Assembly (NCBI RefSeq): GCF_006345805.1
Contig: NC_043002.1
Location: 77,252,001 to 77,316,000 of the forward strand
Length of the DNA: 64,000 bases
Source of the DNA: Octopus sinensis
Taxonomy: Eukaryota
Direction: 5' to 3'
Positions 61,198 through 64,000 of the stretch are shown here, piece after piece. The notes beneath the pieces were generated by a model that was not told the origin of the DNA, searched no databases, and was given only the letters and a program-made list of their open reading frames with translations. The first letter of the stretch is position 1. Each line of letters starts with the position of its first letter. The translations under genes were made by a program, and so were the position numbers.

Positions 61198-61795
61198 TAT
61201 GTATATATATATATATCATCGTTTAGTGTCCGCTTTCCATGCTAGCATGGGTTGGACGGTTCAACTGGGGTCTGGGAAGCCAGAAGGCTGCACCAGGCCC
61301 AGTCTGATCTGGCAATGTTTCTACGGCTGGATGCCCTTCCTAACTCCAACCACTCCATGAGTGTAGTGGGTGCTTTTTACATGCCACCGGCACAGGTGCC
61401 AGATGAGTCTGGCAAATGGTTACTTAAGTTGAGACACCAGAATTTAGTACAATGTTATCCATACAATTTCAAAATAAGGTGATTAAAATCAAAATAAGCA
61501 ACAAGGATATCCAGAGGTAATGCAGTATGATCGTTTCATGCAACTCCATTTAATTGAACAATGCAATCATTACATCAATTTAAAGACATAGAATTTAATT
61601 ATATATATGTATTGGTGCCACAAAAATTTCACCCAGCCCACTCTGTATTGTGATTGGCATTAGGAAGGGCATCTATCCATAAAAGACCATGCCAAAACAG
61701 ACAGTGAAGCTAGGTGCAGTCCTCTGGCTTGCTAGCTCCTGTTATACTGTCCAACCCATGCCATCTTAGAAGATGGATGTTAAATGATGATGTGT
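60826..61795. mobile_element. Three RTE-like tails in alternating orientation (+60826-60965, -61215-61405, +61650-61795)
   Basis: Each carries AGGAAGGGCATC...CCAACCCATGC...ATGATG. Confidence 0.8.
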
Positions 61796-62462
61796 ATGTG
61801 GACACCATATAAGTTCATCGGAGATTCTGTTTCCTGGCATTTGTGGCAGTTTTAAAGCTTTTAAAGCATGTTGTTAATGGCGAGAGAGGGATGTTGTGCT
61901 GTTGAGAGATTATGTAATGTCACCTTTGGAAAATGTTCTCAAGGTCTCTTTTCACAGAAGCAGTGTTTATCTAGTATGAGAGTGTTTATTTTGCATTGAA
62001 ATAATACCTGTATGCAGAATGTTAAAGAGGAACAAAGTATGTAAATATATGCATAGGAGTGTCTGTTGTTTAGAAGTCAGAGCAAATAGGCCATTGATAT
62101 ACAGAAAGAAGAATGTGGGAAATATTGTTAAACCTCACATACGTCAGATGACCAGGATATTGTATGGTTTATCATTTGTGAAGCATGAAAGTCTTCTGAG
62201 TGCTCATGACTAAGGAAGGTGTAGTACTGCAGGTATATTTTCTTCAATGTCCTCATTGAATTACATTTTTAAGGTGCATTTGTATTCACAAGAAATATAA
62301 CCTTGAATTACAGTTGAACTGAGTGAAGGTGGAAAAGTGCACTGTTGACACCTGTTGTGAAGGAACAACGGGACATGAATATGAAATTTCTGATCCAATT
62401 ATATATAGATAAACAGACATTTTATGTAACCCTTCATATTAAGATTCCCCAACCCTGACATA

Positions 62463-63031
62463 TATTGGGTTGTCTGGAAAGTTTGTGCCAATTTTTAAAG
62501 AAAAGAAAAAGGTCAATAAATACTTGCCATTACATTTTTAATCAACCAAATATGAACCATTTTGTTGCACAATGCATCTCCATCTTTCCTTTAACTTGAA
62601 AATACCCTCTTCCCAGAATTGAGGTGGTTTCATGGCAAAGAATTCAAGGTATCTTTTTACATCATCCAAGGAATTGAAATTTTTACCTTTAATTTTTACC
62701 TGCAGAGACCCGAATAAGTGGAAATCCAAAGGAGCAATATCTGGTGAATATGGAGGGTGGGATAACACATCCTAGCCGAGCTGCAGCAATTTTTGTCTGG
62801 TTCCCAAAGCATCAAGTGCCGAAAATGAACTTTCTTATCTTCCATTTTAAAAGGTTTTACAGAATTAACACAGGTTGTAGGAACATAAACCTTCTTTTAC
62901 GAAAAGATAGCTTAAACTGTGCTCTAAATGGAGGTGTAGTCAAATCCTATTTTATGGACTCAACCATGTTCTAAAATAAGTTGAAAGGTAAGCTACTATA
63001 AATCGGCACAAACTTTCCAGACAACCCAATA
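62463..63031 (-). mobile_element. Internally deleted mariner with both TIRs (569 bp)
   Basis: ~30-bp TIRs TATTGGGTTGTCTGGAAAGTTTGTGCC(A/G)ATTT. The minus strand encodes HPPYSPDIAPLDFHLF...WEEGIFKLKERWRCIVQQNGSYLVD* (YSPDLAP motif and last catalytic D). Confidence 0.92.
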
Positions 63032-64000
63032 GAATAACACAGAATGATCATGGTTATCATACCAAACTTTGCTGAAAGTTTTGCTAGTTTTAAAGCCTTC
63101 TCTGTTTTTGCCAAATTTAGTTTTGAAGGAAGATACTTTTGTGTGTTTAGTCAAAAGTAAGAACTCCATTGGATCTAACTATATGGAAGTCTATTAGGGG
63201 CTACAGAGAAATGAAAGGGGTTCAAAGTAGTAAAGGAGAGGACTATAAATATTCACTTTAACTTTAAAGCTGGGGGGGGGGGGGCTATATTTCAATAGTT
63301 GGCTTTGTGTCTTGGACTGAAAGAGGATCTGAGGCACACTGTTGCATGTATTTTATCCCTAAGTCATGAGATGAAGAATAGACTAATTCATGGATACATT
63401 GTTTGAGGGACATCATTTGCATTAGTTTGCTCTGTTGGTAACTGAAGCTTCCATGTTATATAAATACTGGGGAGAAGTGATACATTGAAATTTAAATTTG
63501 TTTGTGTGTGTGAAAAACACTGCAGGCAGATCAGGTTGTGAGTCTATAGAGGAATAGTAGCTTAACTAAGGAGCAGCTGACAGAATTCAGAGAATTGAGT
63601 TCATTATAAGCCACCTGTAAAAGTGAGGTAGTTGCAGCTTGTTATTAGGACAATCTCAAACTCTATTCTAGTTGAGATTGATGTGTTTCTGTGGATGGAA
63701 GATAAATGCTAACAGACCTACACAGAAAAGTATGCAACTATGTTGTTGTGTACCATTGAAAGAGATTAATGATGTAAGGTGTCAGAGATCATTGTAATCT
63801 CCATTTAACAGATTATCTACAGCTTACTATGATTACAATTTTCCATTCATAATTTTACTAGATTTTCATAGTAAACATCCATTTAGGATATAGTAATTAT
63901 GAAGGATATTCAATGGCTTTTTGATGTTGCAACTCACAAGTCTTTACCTTTCCATGATTGTTTAAAGTACAATTTTTTTTCTCTTTCTCTGTACTTGGTT

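Overview
AT-rich, microsatellite- and repeat-dense eukaryotic genomic DNA. The repeat families look like those of octopus (Octopus sp.); this is inferred from recognition, not a database search. The only well-supported coding region is a large + strand exon (5396-7149; ATG 5472, phase-1 GT donor at 7150) encoding about 559 aa of Ser/Arg-rich, probably disordered protein. Its leader carries several uORFs, and there is a probable upstream exon at 2125-2159. The rest is mostly intron or intergenic DNA packed with tRNA-derived SINEs, 3' ends of an RTE-like LINE, decayed mariner/Tc1 elements, piggyBac/hAT/mariner MITEs, a complete non-autonomous Helitron and a tRNA-Thr-like pseudogene. A CpG-richer, promoter-like block at about 55.5-58.8 kb contains weak candidate first exons. 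The most interesting signal is a set of minimal type I hammerhead ribozyme motifs with palindromic helix III, on the + strand downstream of the exon. One (core 9806-9839) lies in a ~300-bp highly structured GC-rich insert flanked by 11-bp direct repeats and resembles a retrozyme or Penelope pseudo-LTR. A second (core 25673-25720) has the same unusual CCA-GAAAC architecture, and there are decayed relatives. Almost all ORFs in the supplied track are artefacts of microsatellites or repeats.
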